DNA of 39,020 nt from Folioceros fuciformis (lineage: Eukaryota): NCBI GenBank assembly GCA_049999805.1, contig JBNGIO010006289.1:102180-141199 (forward strand), in the 5' to 3' direction. This document shows, piece after piece, positions 1 through 12,092 of this stretch (its first letter is position 1; every line of letters begins with the position of its first letter). The position numbers and the translations under genes were made by a program. The notes below the pieces were generated by a model. That model made no database searches. It was not told the DNA's origin and saw only the letters and a list, made by a program, of their open reading frames with translations.

Positions 1-30
1 AAGTCACCAATATCCTTCATTTCAAATTTG

Positions 31-2970
31 TTAGATAAAAGCTGCTTTGACATGTTCTAAAAGGGTCTTGTCATTTGTGGCTAATATTACGTCATCAACA
101 TATAAAGCCAAAATGACGTATGAGGAGCCTTGAGTAAGCATATATATATTGGAATCAGCAGTACTTTGTACAAAGTTAATTTCCAACAAGTAAACATGCA
201 TGGGAAAGTACCATACTCTACCGGATTGCTTGAGGCCATAAATACATTTGAGAAGTAATAAAACTTTGTTGGGGTATTTAGAATCAACATACCCCTCAGG
301 TTGTTGCATATAAAGTTCCTCCTCAAGCTTGCCGTACAAATACGCTGTGCAAACATCCATTTGATGCAGATACAAATCATGTTCCGTTGTCATAGCAAGT
401 AACATCCTAATGGATTGAGATCTAACCACAGGACTGAATGTCTCTTGATAATCTAGGCCTTCAACCTGCGTGAATCCCCTAGCCACGAGTCTAGATTTGT
501 AACGTGCAATCTCTAGAGCCCTTGGAGTTGAGTTTGTGCTTGAAAACCCAATTGCACGAGATGGGTTTCCTACCAGGTGGCAAATCCACTAACTTCCATG
601 TATTATTCTTGATCAAGGACTGATACTCATCCTCAACTGATATACGCCACTTGTCACCATCAGGGCCAGACAAGGCTTGCTTCAAGTTGATTGGCTCATC
701 AGGGATGACAGTAGTGAGTGATGTGGAAGTGTTGCGGAAATCTATAGACTCATAGGGGGGCTCGATCCACTCGGCTCTAGGTAGTCTATGGCGGGTGGAT
801 CTGCGCAACTCGGGCTCTGGTGGAACTTCTACAACTTGTGGCGGTATGACATTTGGCTCTAAAACATGTTCATGGTCATCCTGAAGAGGGTCAGTGGTAC
901 TTGATTAGTGTCCTACTCATCATCATAATCAGCTAATGGAGCTGCTCACTCTACTGACGTGGCCGGTTCACCATGAGCATAGCTAGGTTCAATGAGAGTG
1001 ACACTACGAGCTAAGGTTAGAGAGTGAGTAACTGGATCATAGAGCTTGTATGCCTTGGCAGTCTCGCTATATCCGACGAAAACAAGGCCCTTGGCTCTCA
1101 TGTCAAGCTTCCTCCTCTTTTCGCAAGGAATATAAGCGAATGCCTTCGCTTGAAAAACTCGGAAATGAAGTAGGCTAGGCTTACGCTTCCAAAATACCTC
1201 ATATGGTGTCCTTCCATGCACAGCACTGGTGAGCACCCAATTGAGGATGTACGTTGCAGCAACTATGGCCTCTGCCCAATACCCTTGAGGAAGACCTGCC
1301 CAAAGCAGCATACTCCTCGTCATACCTAGCAAAGTTTGGTTCTTGCGCTTAACAACTCCCTTCTGTTGTTGAGTATAGGGTACACTCAGCTGGCGCTGAA
1401 TGCCATGTTGTGCCAAGTACTCGTCGAAGGCTGCGTTGACAAATTCCGTTCCATTGTCCATGCACAGCATTCTAAGAAGTTGACCCAACTGTCTCTGGGC
1501 AACATGCAACCATTCTTGGAAGCAAGTGAATGTATCACTCTTCAACTGCATAGGAAAGGTCCATGTGTACCTACTATAGTCGTCGGTCAAGCAAAAGTAG
1601 TAACGAGATCCGCCAAGTGAAGCCTCCTATATCTTCTCAGATATATCCGCATGGACAAGCTCCAATACTTGTGATGCCCTATGTGCAGTTGCATTAGGGA
1701 AAGGAGCCTCCTTCTTCTCGGCAAGAATGCATGCTTCGCAGACTGTAAGGTCTTTGAAGCACTTGGGCAAGGGTTCTCGAAAACATTCCTTGTTGGACAT
1801 GTCCACCAGTTTTGCTCGGTTGACGTGTCCTAGGCGAGCATGCCACAAAGCAGCCAGCTTCTTCTGGTCCATGTGGGTACTCCCTGTAGAACATACTGTA
1901 TGAGCACGCTTGCAGTTGATGTTCAGCTTGTACAAGTCGTTGACTACCACCCCTTTGAAAGCACAGATACCAGGTGAATCTGCCTTGCTAAAGGAGCAAG
2001 ACACTTGATCAGCTTGCATAAGAAGAGCGTGCGACTTCAACAGTTTGCTAAGTGACATCAAATTCTTCGCCATCCCTGGGACATACAGTACCCTGTCAAG
2101 GATAAGCTCTGTGTTGTCCGGCAGGATAAGGTACACATCCCACGCCCTCTAATCTACAATCCAGTCTCAGCCCTCTCATCTCCCAACAGCACTTTCTTAG
2201 ATACTTTGAGTAGATGCAGATGTGAAAACTGGTCCTTGTCCATACAAATATGTGTAGCTGCTCCAGAGTCCAGATACCAACTGGTACTATCCCTCGTGGA
2301 GCTCGACAGGCAAACAGTATAAATCTTTACAGTAGATTTATCATGGTCACCTCCAGACTTGCCTTACAGTTCCCTGTCCTTTTAGTGGAAGAAGATCCAG
2401 AGTCATTAGCACGCTGACATAAGCTGCCGACTTTGCTCCTCCTGGTACAATGCGCCAATGACATCCTCCAATGTCCGGGTGCTGGATGTTGTCGCAGCTC
2501 CTGAGGGATGAATTGGGCCATTTTGTGTACTCACAAAATTTTGCTAGGATGGTGGAAGGCTGATCAGCAGTTGGGCAATGGCATCCTCTTCATCCATAGT
2601 AGAACCAAAAGATACCAGGTCCGCGCGTAAATGTCCGGTATATTTTCTCAAGCTGCGCCCAGATCTCGTGAGCCTTGAGCAAATATTCTACATCTGGAAT
2701 TAAAACATCATCCAAACCACTTATGATTAGTGCTACAACAAGTTCGTTGGCTGAAGTCCATTCGTCCAGGAGGGTTTGTTGAGCAGCTGAAAGTGTAGTT
2801 CCTGGGGCTGCTGCGGCTGGCTCCTTGCGGGTCCCATCAACCACAGTCCACACTTTCCTAGCGACAAGAACAGCTCTCATCCGAACACGCCAAATGTGAT
2901 ATTGGTTACCATTAAATCTATCCTTTTCTTTTAATTCAGATATTGAAGAGGGGGCAGATGAGGTAGACAT
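31..2970 (-). pseudogene. Disrupted copia gag-pol polyprotein
   Basis: Five ORF fragments in different frames carry consecutive copia domains. There is a frameshift at ~488 within RT, an in-frame stop at 31-33, and a destroyed protease catalytic motif. Confidence 0.92.
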
Positions 2971-3824
2971 GTTTACGTGGGGGTTGGTGTTTGTGCTATG
3001 TGATAATGGTTGCGCTTGCTTTCGTGTTTTTCTTTTATTTGTCTTAGGTGTGCTTATGTGTACTCCCAGAAGAGGGTCGTCATCTGACGAGCCTGAATCC
3101 TCTTCGCGCTCAGAATCAGAATCCCTGCCTCCAAAAAATGATATACAATGGCTCTCCCACTAGACTATGGCTAGGTGAAGAAGCAGCAAAAAATATGTAC
3201 CTTTTCTTAATTAAAAAAACAGGATAAATTTCAGTAAATATTTTTCAGAAATAAATGTGTTTTCTTTTTTATTTGAGAAAAAAAAGGGTTACTGATTTAC
3301 TGATTTGCTGTGCAGGAGGCTATGGTGGAGTCATCAGTTCGGGGGAGGGTAGATTTTTATCTGCCCGATCTCGGACTGATGGCTACCTCATTGCTTTCTG
3401 GCACACACAAGATTAGGGAGCAGCGGAAAACCATGACAAGAGAAAAACAAACTAGCAAGCAAGCTGTGCATCACGTGAAACAACAAGAGAAAACACCTCC
3501 TCACAAAACAGGATTCCCACACTCAGCAAGGCGCAAGCAGCAGGCAAACCAAACCGGTTTCCGTTTTATGTTTCTCTGGCATGCAATCTGCAAAATTGAG
3601 CGAGAACCCCAAAAACGTGCAGCCGGTCCATCAGCAACACGGAAGGCTCGCATCTGCTTCGAAAAATAAGATCAAGCAACCCGAGCAACAACAGTTCTGA
3701 TATTGAACTAAAGAAGATAATGCTCAGGAGCTCGACCGGGCCATTTCGCTCCACATCTGCCTCTGCCCGGCATGTCCGGAGGCAAATTCGAGGACACTAG
3801 GTTCCAGAACCGCGAACCCAAACC

Positions 3825-3974
3825 TAACCGTCACGGGTGCATCCAAGCGCGCGCACCGCACTAGATCCCAGCAGCGTGCCCTCCTTCTAACTGTCATGGG
3901 TGCATCCTAGCGCGCGCACCGCACCAGATCCCAACAGCGTGCCCTCCTTCTAACTGTCATGGGTGGATCCTAGC
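3825..3974. repeat. 63-bp tandem repeat (~2.4 copies) in the retrotransposon 5' leader
   Basis: Units taac(c/t)gtca(c/t)gggtgcatcc..gccctccttc start at 3825, 3888 and 3951. Confidence 0.9.
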
Positions 3975-4673
3975 ACCGGAGACCGATGCCAAGGCGAGAT
4001 CGAACGCGCCGATTCGGATCTCGACCGGCCTCCCCCTGCAGCGGAAGCAGAAAAGCTAGGGGGATGGGGCACCACCATCTCTGGTGGTGCCCAACATCAA
4101 ATCTCCAAGCAGCGCGGAGTGCAGCTGGCTGATTCGGTAGGATAGAAGATCAAAGTCCGCCTGTGATGCACGCAATCTAGTAGCCACCAAGGCCTCCACC
4201 TTCTCGACGCGATCCCCAATCCCACCAAGCATGGCAATCTGCGAAGAAAACATAGTCGCCTCCTGCACCTCCAACACATGGGGCCGACGCTCAAAGAAGG
4301 GCTGTGTGGATGGCAGGCCGTACAGGCAGCACACGCTGAGGCGGGGTAGAGATCCCCATGTTCGAGTCTCTGTAAAAAAGGCTAGTATTGTCAGGGACAG
4401 ACTTCTTCCAAGGAGCTGAGTGTGGTCTGGTGGTTTCACTGCCGCTTGCTCCATGGGTAGTCGGCACCACAATAGGTGGCCGGGAATCCTTCCCCTTCCT
4501 CCTCGCAATCTCCGTTTTCTTTTCTCCTTTTTTTTCTTTTAGAAGAAAAAAAAGTCGAGAGCACTCTCTCCCTTACTGCAACATGGATCGCATCGTGTGG
4601 TAGTGGCAATGGCTGGCACGCGATGCTAGCATCGCGTGACCATGGCATCGCTCACCACATCGCTCACCACCTA

Positions 4674-4686
4674 GGCTCTGATACCA
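4674..4686 (-). promoter_or_regulatory. Primer-binding site complementary to the tRNA-iMet 3' end
   Basis: The - strand reads TGGTATCAGAGCC, 2 nt after the LTR-terminal CA (plus-strand TG at 4689-4690). Confidence 0.93.
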
Positions 4687-4688
4687 GG

Positions 4689-5102
4689 TGAAAATTGTGC
4701 AAAACACGATTGTTGCCAAAATTGAATGAATAAAATAATCAATACAAAATGTTTACAAAACATGTGTTTAAATATTCATGACCTGGAGTCATGTTGTTTC
4801 ACTTTAACTAAACATATTTAATCTAAATTAAATACATACAACCCTAAGTGTGACAGGGCTTGTTATCTTAACACCTATCCCCAGCTCTTATGGGCTATGT
4901 ACACGCAGTGCATGTCACCCATGACAATGTGTATGTGAAGGAAGGGATTAGAGGATATGAACTTCCTCCCGAACATGTACTAGTTACATATGGCATTGGC
5001 AACCTTGCATAGGGAGTTGCACATGTCATTGACAACCTTGTGCAAGGGAGTGCAGGAGCAAGCACAACTACAAAGTGGGCCCCTTTATGATGTTATGAAA
5101 CA
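4689..5102 (-). mobile_element. 5' LTR of the copia element (inner end firm, outer end uncertain)
   Basis: The inner boundary is fixed by the PBS. The outer end is only a guess at plus-strand ...tgaaaca (5102), because the partner LTR is not in the window. Confidence 0.45.
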
Positions 5103-5619
5103 TAGTTTAATGACGAGATCAAATAACTTTTGACAAAAAACCTACCCAGAGGAGTTGTCTCTTGCTCAATTTTTGAATGACGAATTAGTTCTGTTTCCCA
5201 TTGCAGTCGTACAAGATTGTTAAATTTGGGTTTCCCGTACCCTCACCGTTCCCTATCCCCTTCGATAACTCTCTCGCACTAAGGTGGTCCCATTCAATGG
5301 AGTTGACAATGGGGCCAGCTGGGATTTTCCATCCAACGCCATTGAAGATATAGGAGTTGGAGCCTTTAGAGACCTACTAACACTCATGCATGGAGGAGGA
5401 GGCTAATCCATGGGTCTATCCAATAGTATAGGGTTTGCTAAATGGTGTTAGTAGGTGTATGCTTTGTGGTGAATGCTTGTGTACCTTTAGCTTGACCTCG
5501 GCACCTACAGAATCAAGATAGGGGATTTCATTCCCCCTTAGAGATGTCATGCATTATGTATCCCCATGTTCATTCCGTCTAGCAATCCATCCAAAAGCAC
5601 GTATGGCTTCTTGGCACAC

Positions 5620-7300
5620 TAGATGCTTTGGTGCTTGATTCAATGGAAGGCACAAGGCAGTGGGATCCTCGAGGGGGGGGGTGCTCTCTTGCGATGGCTC
5701 ATTTAAGGGCCCTTTCTGTTATTGTCTGTCAATTTCTAATTGCTTATCCTCTCTGGCGGACAATACTTACATTTTAAGACCATCTGATCGCGTAGGGGAA
5801 GCTTTCAAGCTTTTTTCCTCAAAGTTAGCCTGCATTGGTTTGAAGGTGAAGATTTCTTAGTACAGGGTTTGGTTACTTCCATAGGATTACCTCCTTTAGT
5901 TTTCTTGAGAGGACGAAGTTGCTTCTTCAAAAGGCCTTCGAGTTATGGGGGTCCGGGTGGGGTCCTCCAGCCTTTGTCCAAGGCTTTGTGGATGTGGCCC
6001 TTGAGAAGGACCTAGACTATGCAAATTAGCTTGCTTATTTAGGGGACCCACATGTGGCTTTCAGGATTCTCTCATGTGCCCATTGTCCAAGGTACCTTCT
6101 CTAGACAGTCCCTCCCTCTTTGATATTGCTATCAAGCTTGAGGAGCTTTGATAGTAGGATCATGTAGGTTTTTGGTGACATAATCGGCCATGGTACTTTC
6201 AAGTGTGACATAGGCTTGGTGTCCCACTTGCAAGATCCTCGGGGGATCTTGCAAGGCGACAAGTATCTCTTCTTATCTTGTTTGGAGGCATTAGTTGACT
6301 AGTAACAGAGATATTGGCACTGGTTGCATTTCTTGGGAGTTGGGCCCTTACTACTCTTATTTTGGCTTCTCGTTTTCTCATTCATGATCCCTACATTCTG
6401 GAATCTTTCATCCTTGGTGTTGAGAAGGCGCCCTCTCTTTGTAAGTGTTCCTAAGATTAGCTAAGGACTCTCTTTCTTCTCTAGCTACGGCTGCTATGCC
6501 TCAATTTTTATCTCTCCTTGCAGTGGGGATTCGGGGGCTCTAAGCTTCTCTTTTCGAGAAGGAATACAAGCAAGTGCATCTTAGTCTTGTTCAGGATCCT
6601 TCTACTCTTAGGCCCATTCGAGCGTAGCTCTGTTCATTCTCAGGAAAAGGCGCAGGTTCTTGGCTCTTGACTTGACCTTGCATCCAGGCTTTTCAAATCA
6701 CAATTGCATTTTATACTACAATGAGGTTTCGCCTTAGTTTGGTCCAATCTTTGGCTTGCTCTCTCTCCTCTTGCATTTGTGGTGCGCTATTGGATGACTC
6801 TGGTACTCATCTTGCCCGTTGCCAGGTTGGGGGTCAACAAATTGATATGCATGACAATGTGCGGGAGGCCATGTTTTCGTTGGCCAAGGAGGCTTTAGGA
6901 AGCTTTAGTCTACTTAAAGCCATTTTTCTTTGAGTTAATCTTTTCCTCATCCATGAAGAACAATAAGGTCTCTATTGCTGACATGGTCGTAACTGACCCC
7001 ACATGGATCTTAATTTGCAAGCGTTTTGTTCTCAACTTCTCGGATTGGGCAGCAGAAGGGAGTGCATCGGCAAGTACACCCCTCTACATGTTAGACACAC
7101 CTTTATCCTCCTTGCTATAGAGACCCAATGGGCCATGTGTAAGGCATTTTCCACGTTTTTGAAGTCTTGTGAAAGTCTGGTTCATAACAGGAAAAATGGG
7201 CTTAGTCTTCCTCATTCATGTATTGTAGCCTTCATTCGATAGAGGGTTTCCGTTGCTCTATAGTGAGTGTTGACTAATGCTATATTCAATACAACGACAC
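5620..7300 (+). mobile_element. Degenerate, 5'-truncated CRE-like non-LTR retrotransposon (RT + CCHC finger + restriction-like endonuclease region)
   Basis: Motif relics appear in the expected order across stops and frameshifts: SMEGTRQWDPRGG (~GxRQGDPLG, ~5640-5680), LADNTYI (YxDD, ~5754), GLRVMGVRVGS (~5933), LGDPHVAFRIL..RYLL*TVPP (~6040-6115), QVSL..GGIS..AFLGSW (~6260-6343), GAGSWL (~6647), MRFRLSL..CICGALLDDSGTHLARCQVGGQQIDMHDNV (6721-6862), FILLAIET (~7102) and R*RVSVAL* (~7237). Confidence 0.75.
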
Positions 7301-7440
7301 TGGCTAGAGATGTGGTGTCAACAACTCTAACGGGAGGTAGACCCTTTCTCCTTTTGGACATAGAGTTAGCTCCTAGATGGCTTTTTTCATCTTGTTTTTC
7401 TAAAATGAATGGACATCCCTGCATATTTCGCAGAAGGTTT

Positions 7441-7566
7441 GGATTAGGTTGAGTATTGGATTAGTGGTGTAAATTAGGTTATGTCTTGGATTAGTGGTGT
7501 AANNNNNNNNNNGTGGTGTAAATTAGGTTATGTCTTGGATTAGTGGTGTAAATTAGGTTGAGTCTT
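7441..7566. repeat. 30-bp tandem repeat (attaggttatgtcttggattagtggtgtaa) interrupted by an assembly gap
   Basis: Units start at 7443 and 7473 and continue after the N-run at 7503-7512, so the true copy number is unknown. Confidence 0.9.
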
Positions 7567-7660
7567 TTATTCGTTTTGCAATGAGGATAGAGTAGGCGAC
7601 TGCTAAATCTCTTTAGCAAGTCTTGGAGGCGGTAGGGAAGAGGGCGGCAGTCGTGACAGG

Positions 7661-9349
7661 ATGGCCGTGGGATCCGAGGAGGATGAGCCCTCCAGGGAGC
7701 TGTACGCGCTGCTGCATCTGTCTCCGGATGCCGATGACGATGACATTAAGCGGGCGTACCGGCAATGGGCGCAGGTGTACCATCCGGACAAGCACCAGTC
7801 TGTGCAGATGCGGGATATCGCAACGCAGAGCTTCCAGCGAATTCGGGAGGCGTACGAAATTCTTAGCGATCCCAAGAGGCGACAGATTTACGACCTGTAT
7901 GGCATGGAAGGCTTGACATCGGGGCTGGAATTGGGGCCGAAGCTCAAGTCCCGGGAGGAGATCAGAAAGGAGTTCGAGAGGTTGCAATTGCGGAAGCAGG
8001 AGCGCAGTCTGGCTGCTCATGTGCACCATGCAGGCTCCTTGGCGGTAACCATCAATGCTGCGAGGTGGTTTGAGTCGTTCGACAGGCCCCCCAGGATGGC
8101 TTCCATGGCCATGTCCTCGTCTGTGCAAGCGCAGGTTTCAAGCAAGGACACGGTGGTGCTGGGCGGGCATATGGCCATGCGGACTGGTATGGGAGGGGGC
8201 TCTCTCACCATGGCTGTGAGGCGTCAGTTGTCTAGTATTTCTACGGTGGAGGTTGTAAGCACTGTGGGTCTTCGGTCCGTTCTTAGTGCGCAGACTTCCA
8301 GGCAGCTGTCAGCGCACTCCACAGGGACTTTGGGTGCTAGCCTATCCCTGAAGGAGGGCTCTGTCACGCTGACTAATGGGTGGACCCGGCAGATCGGTCA
8401 GAACACGGCGGCCTCCATCCAGCTTGCAGTAGGGCCGGAGCCCATGGTTGCAGTAGGGTGGCAACACAACGGATCAAAAAACGGCGGATCAGGAGAAATC
8501 AGGGTTTCCCCCAGCATGTTGGGCCTTTCGGGAAACTTTGTTCGCCATTTCTCGTCCAAGTCTCGTGGGCGGGTATCTGGCAAGCTTGGAAGTTCAGGGA
8601 TGGAGGTGGAAGTAGGAGGGGAGAGAAGGGTTTCGGAGCGCAGTTCTGCTGCCATGTCTTGCAGCCTCGGCCTTCAAGGTGTGTTGTGGAAGATACGGTA
8701 TACCCGAGGTGGTCAAAAATTTGTGATTCCCATCCTGCTTTCCACATCCCTCAGACCGGGAATTTGTTTGGGGGCCTTGTTCGTGCCTTCTTCCATCTAC
8801 GCCTTGTTGAACGTCTTCCTTCTTAAACCCTACTACTTGAGGAGGGCGAGAAGGAAACTCCTGGAACAGAGAAGGTCCACGATCTCAGAGGTGCTCGAAG
8901 CACGGGCTGCATCCGAGAAAGCGCAGGCCTTGCTGCTCAATGTTGCAGAGAGGAAGCGAAGAAAGCAAGCACAGAAGGATGGCTTGGTCATTAGTGAGGC
9001 TCTTTACGGGAATCTGAAGGCCTCCTCCAAGGGCCAGGATGCTGCGGACGATGAAGATGTCGACCTCGGTGACATGCCTCCGCCCAACCTGGATGTGACA
9101 GTTCCCTTGCAGTTCCTCATCACGGAGACTGGCCAGTTGCTGCTCTACGAAGGCGTCAAGAAATCAGGGCTTATGGGCTTCTGTGACCCATGCCCGGGAG
9201 AAGCCAAGCAGCTCAGAGTTGCTTACATTTACCAAGGGCAGGAGTATGTTGTTGTTGTCGGGGACACTGAAGAGCTTCGCATACCTCAGGACGCACACAG
9301 ACGACCGAGAACTGCTGGGACCCCTGGAAATCTCAACCAAGTGGATTGA
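7661..9349 (+). CDS. DNAJC11: DnaJ homolog subfamily C member 11 / chaperone dnaJ 13 (OWL1-like), single exon, 562 aa
   Basis: N-terminal J domain with HPD (VYHPDKH), a Gly/Ser-rich beta-strand middle region, a hydrophobic segment, and a C-terminal DUF3395-type domain (GLVISEALYG..LDVTVPLQ..KSGLMGFCDPCPGEAKQL). Confidence 0.93.
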   Translation: MAVGSEEDEPSRELYALLHLSPDADDDDIKRAYRQWAQVYHPDKHQSVQMRDIATQSFQRIREAYEILSDPKRRQIYDLYGMEGLTSGLELGPKLKSREEIRKEFERLQLRKQERSLAAHVHHAGSLAVTINAARWFESFDRPPRMASMAMSSSVQAQVSSKDTVVLGGHMAMRTGMGGGSLTMAVRRQLSSISTVEVVSTVGLRSVLSAQTSRQLSAHSTGTLGASLSLKEGSVTLTNGWTRQIGQNTAASIQLAVGPEPMVAVGWQHNGSKNGGSGEIRVSPSMLGLSGNFVRHFSSKSRGRVSGKLGSSGMEVEVGGERRVSERSSAAMSCSLGLQGVLWKIRYTRGGQKFVIPILLSTSLRPGICLGALFVPSSIYALLNVFLLKPYYLRRARRKLLEQRRSTISEVLEARAASEKAQALLLNVAERKRRKQAQKDGLVISEALYGNLKASSKGQDAADDEDVDLGDMPPPNLDVTVPLQFLITETGQLLLYEGVKKSGLMGFCDPCPGEAKQLRVAYIYQGQEYVVVVGDTEELRIPQDAHRRPRTAGTPGNLNQVD

Positions 9350-9968
9350 AGAGCTATGCAGCAGGTTATTCGAAATGGCAGACTCTCCCTCGATTTGTTC
9401 CATCGGAATCGCCTACATGCAATGCAGCATGTGGTGCATGGCAGTCACATCCCATCCTAGATCGCGAGCCCCTGCTGAGGTGATGCCACCTCTTCCCGTA
9501 CTGCGCCGAGGTCTGTTTAAGACATGTAAATTTTCACGATAGATGTCCGATGTCCAAATATCGGCGTGGGCTACCCGAGGTGCAGCAAGCATCCTAGAGA
9601 TATGCCCTAAGAGTACATGGGGAGGGTGATGGTGTAGGTCAGGAGGAAACAAGGGGTTGTCTTTTCAAGACATTTTTGCGCTCTTGCGGAGTTGATAAGC
9701 TCAGGACATTTGTGCCCCAGTGGTGTGGTGATGGTCTGCGCCCTAGGTTGGGTACACAGGGCTGATTTTGACGCGTGCTGTTTTCACGAAATATGATAAT
9801 TAAGAGTTCGCTCCTCTCGTGCCGAGAGCGAGGAGCTGCAGAAGTACGGAAGAGTTCCAATTCCATGTCGCCTGACCCCGTCTACTGTGGGATGGGGGCT
9901 GGAGTGGATGGAGCCTGAGGTGTGCGCGTGCGTGCTGTGGAGCCTCCCGCAGCCGGGTGGAAGAATTG

Positions 9969-12092
9969 ATGGGACCTGCTTCCGAGCCGTGTCGCCGCTG
10001 CATCGTGAGGACCGTGCTCGCGTACAGGGTCGCCTTGGTGGTGGCTTTCTTCTTGTGCGCTGCAGCTGTCTCGTGGTTCAAGGGGGGTTGGGAAGCAGCA
10101 GATCGGGCTTCACCTCTGCGTTCGACAGCCGTGAAGAATCCGCAAAACGGGTTTCGTCGCAGGCTGCAGCAGGACTTCGCCGATGGATGGAATGACGCCC
10201 AGGTGGTGGATGATTCCATGGCTTGTCCTGGTTGCACTCCACATGACAAGGATGATGAGCGTCTGCCGGCAGATCTGGTGCCCCCACGTGTGTTGCAGTG
10301 CGCCGAAGTTGGCAGTCAGCTCCCAAAGGACCGGTGTGAGCAGGCGCGGCATTGTAATGGTGCTGGTCGGGGGCTTATAAACTATACGGCGCTGCACTTC
10401 TGTGAACTCCAGGAAGTATCTTGGATTTCGGTACCCCTGCTAATTGCGGGCGTGCTTGTGGCTTTCGTCTTCTTGGCAGAAACTGCTGAGAATTTTTTCT
10501 CCCCAGCTGTATCCTACATGGTTACCGTCATGAGACTGACACCAAGCACCGGGGGTGTTACATTGCTTGCCTTTGGAAACGGCGCTCCTGATCTGTTTGC
10601 ATTACTGGCAGCGATTCAGGGAGGCAATCCGCGAGTTGGCCTAGGGGCAATCCTCAGCGCTGGAACATTTGTGTCCACCTTCGTAGTGGGCTGCGTGGCA
10701 CTGGCAGCTGCCCCATTTTCTGTCGCAGCTTTTCCGTTTGTTAGGGATATTGTTTTCTATGCCGCTGCTGTGTGTTTGCTCTTCGGAGTGTACCTCACTG
10801 GGATTGTCTACTTCTGGGAAGCCGTGGGCCTCATCGTTTTTTATTGTGTGTTTGCGCTGGTAGTTATGGTCACTGATCAAGTCAAGGGTCTGAGAGACGT
10901 GAAGGCTCCCTTCTCTCCTCGGGATGCGTCCAAGAAAAGAAGGGAGTTGATTGAAGACATTGTTGTGGCTTCTGGTAGTCTCCCCTTGTGGGAAGACTCG
11001 CAGTCACCAAACACCAGGAGCCCGGAATTTGACAGGGCCGATAGCTGGTGGGGATCAGGAGGGGTAGGAACCTCAGGCTTGCGGGGCCCTATGTTGGTCA
11101 GCAGAAGAATTTTGGACAAGGTTGTGGCTGGCTATTCTTTCTTGAAGAATTCAGCATACAGTAGCCCTCCCAAGACGATGCTGTCTCCTATGCTACCCAG
11201 CATGCATAAACAGAGCCTTTCGGACTGCTGCGGACAGCCTACATGGAAGGTAATTCCAGTAGTTTTCGTTCAGTGACTACCCGTTTCTTGCCTCGTTTCT
11301 CATCCCCCTAACGCAGGCTGGGATATACTTCTCCTGCAGTTTCGCATGCCAGTGGAGGTGTTGCTCAAGGCCACCATTCCTGTGATCCATCCTTCACTAT
11401 GGAACCGCCATTACGCCACTGCTAACATGGTCCTGTGTCCTCTGGCGCTGCTCTATATGTGCGGCTCCCAGATTCCACTCAATCTGCGCATCAGTCTGAC
11501 TGACACACTTCAGCTTCCTATCTGGGGTCTGGTGGTCATACTGAGCCTCCTGGTGGGAACTGCCTACTATCTGATGTCAGAGGAGCCTCCGGAGAGTCAA
11601 CACCTACTGCCTGCAGCCTTCGCCTTTGCTATGAGTGTAGGCTGGATTTCCTTCATGGCGGGTGAACTGCTGGGCTGCCTTGTGGCTCTGGGCGTCATTT
11701 TAAGAATTCCTTCAGCGTTGCTGGGGATAACCGTCCTAGCGTGGGGCAATTCCATGGGCGATCTGGTTGCGGATGTGGCTGTTGCAAGGAACGGGCAGCC
11801 AGCTTTGGCCATGGCCGGCTGCTTTGCAGGCCCCATGTTCAACATGCTCATAGGCCTAGGAGTAGCCCTGGCCACGGCCACGTCGGAGTCTGTGTCTTCT
11901 GGCTACACACTCCGCGTACATCCCAGCATTCTCATTGCGTTTGGATTCCTTTTCACTGGTCTTCTGGGCTCGCTCGTAGCCATGACGAGGTCTAGGTTTC
12001 AAATCACTCGGTGCTGGGGCCTCACTCTGGTGGCCTGGTACGTCTTGTTCATGGCTGTCAGCATAACAATTGCGTTACAGTTGGGAATGTGA
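9969..12092 (+). CDS. CCX: Cation/calcium exchanger (CCX, CCX5-like), 2 exons (9969-11249, ~11340-12092)
   Basis: Alpha-1 repeat GVTLLAFGNGAPDLF, alpha-2 repeat LGITVLAWGNSMGDL..AGPMFN, an INY..LHFC N-terminal motif and many TM helices. The first ATG is at 9969 (the ORF-track start is GTG). A phase-0 GT..AG intron at 11250-11339 joins the two ORFs. Confidence 0.92.

Larger units (their letters stand above)
1..4688 (-). mobile_element. Degenerate Ty1/copia LTR retrotransposon internal region (PBS-leader-gag-PR-IN-RT); 3' part lies beyond the window start
   Basis: Domains occur in copia order on the - strand. Gag: 2970-2590 (KDRFNGNQYHIWRVRMRAVL..VWTVVDG). Protease: DWIVD* at ~2163-2146, with the DSG motif broken. 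Gag-pre-integrase: LWHARLGH..CEAC in 2136-1627. Integrase core: DDYSRYTW/DNGTEF in 1590-946. RVT_2: 808-491 and 486-31 (QMDVCTAYLYG, YGLKQSGRVW, LYVDD). Several stops and frameshifts break the polyprotein. Confidence 0.96.
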
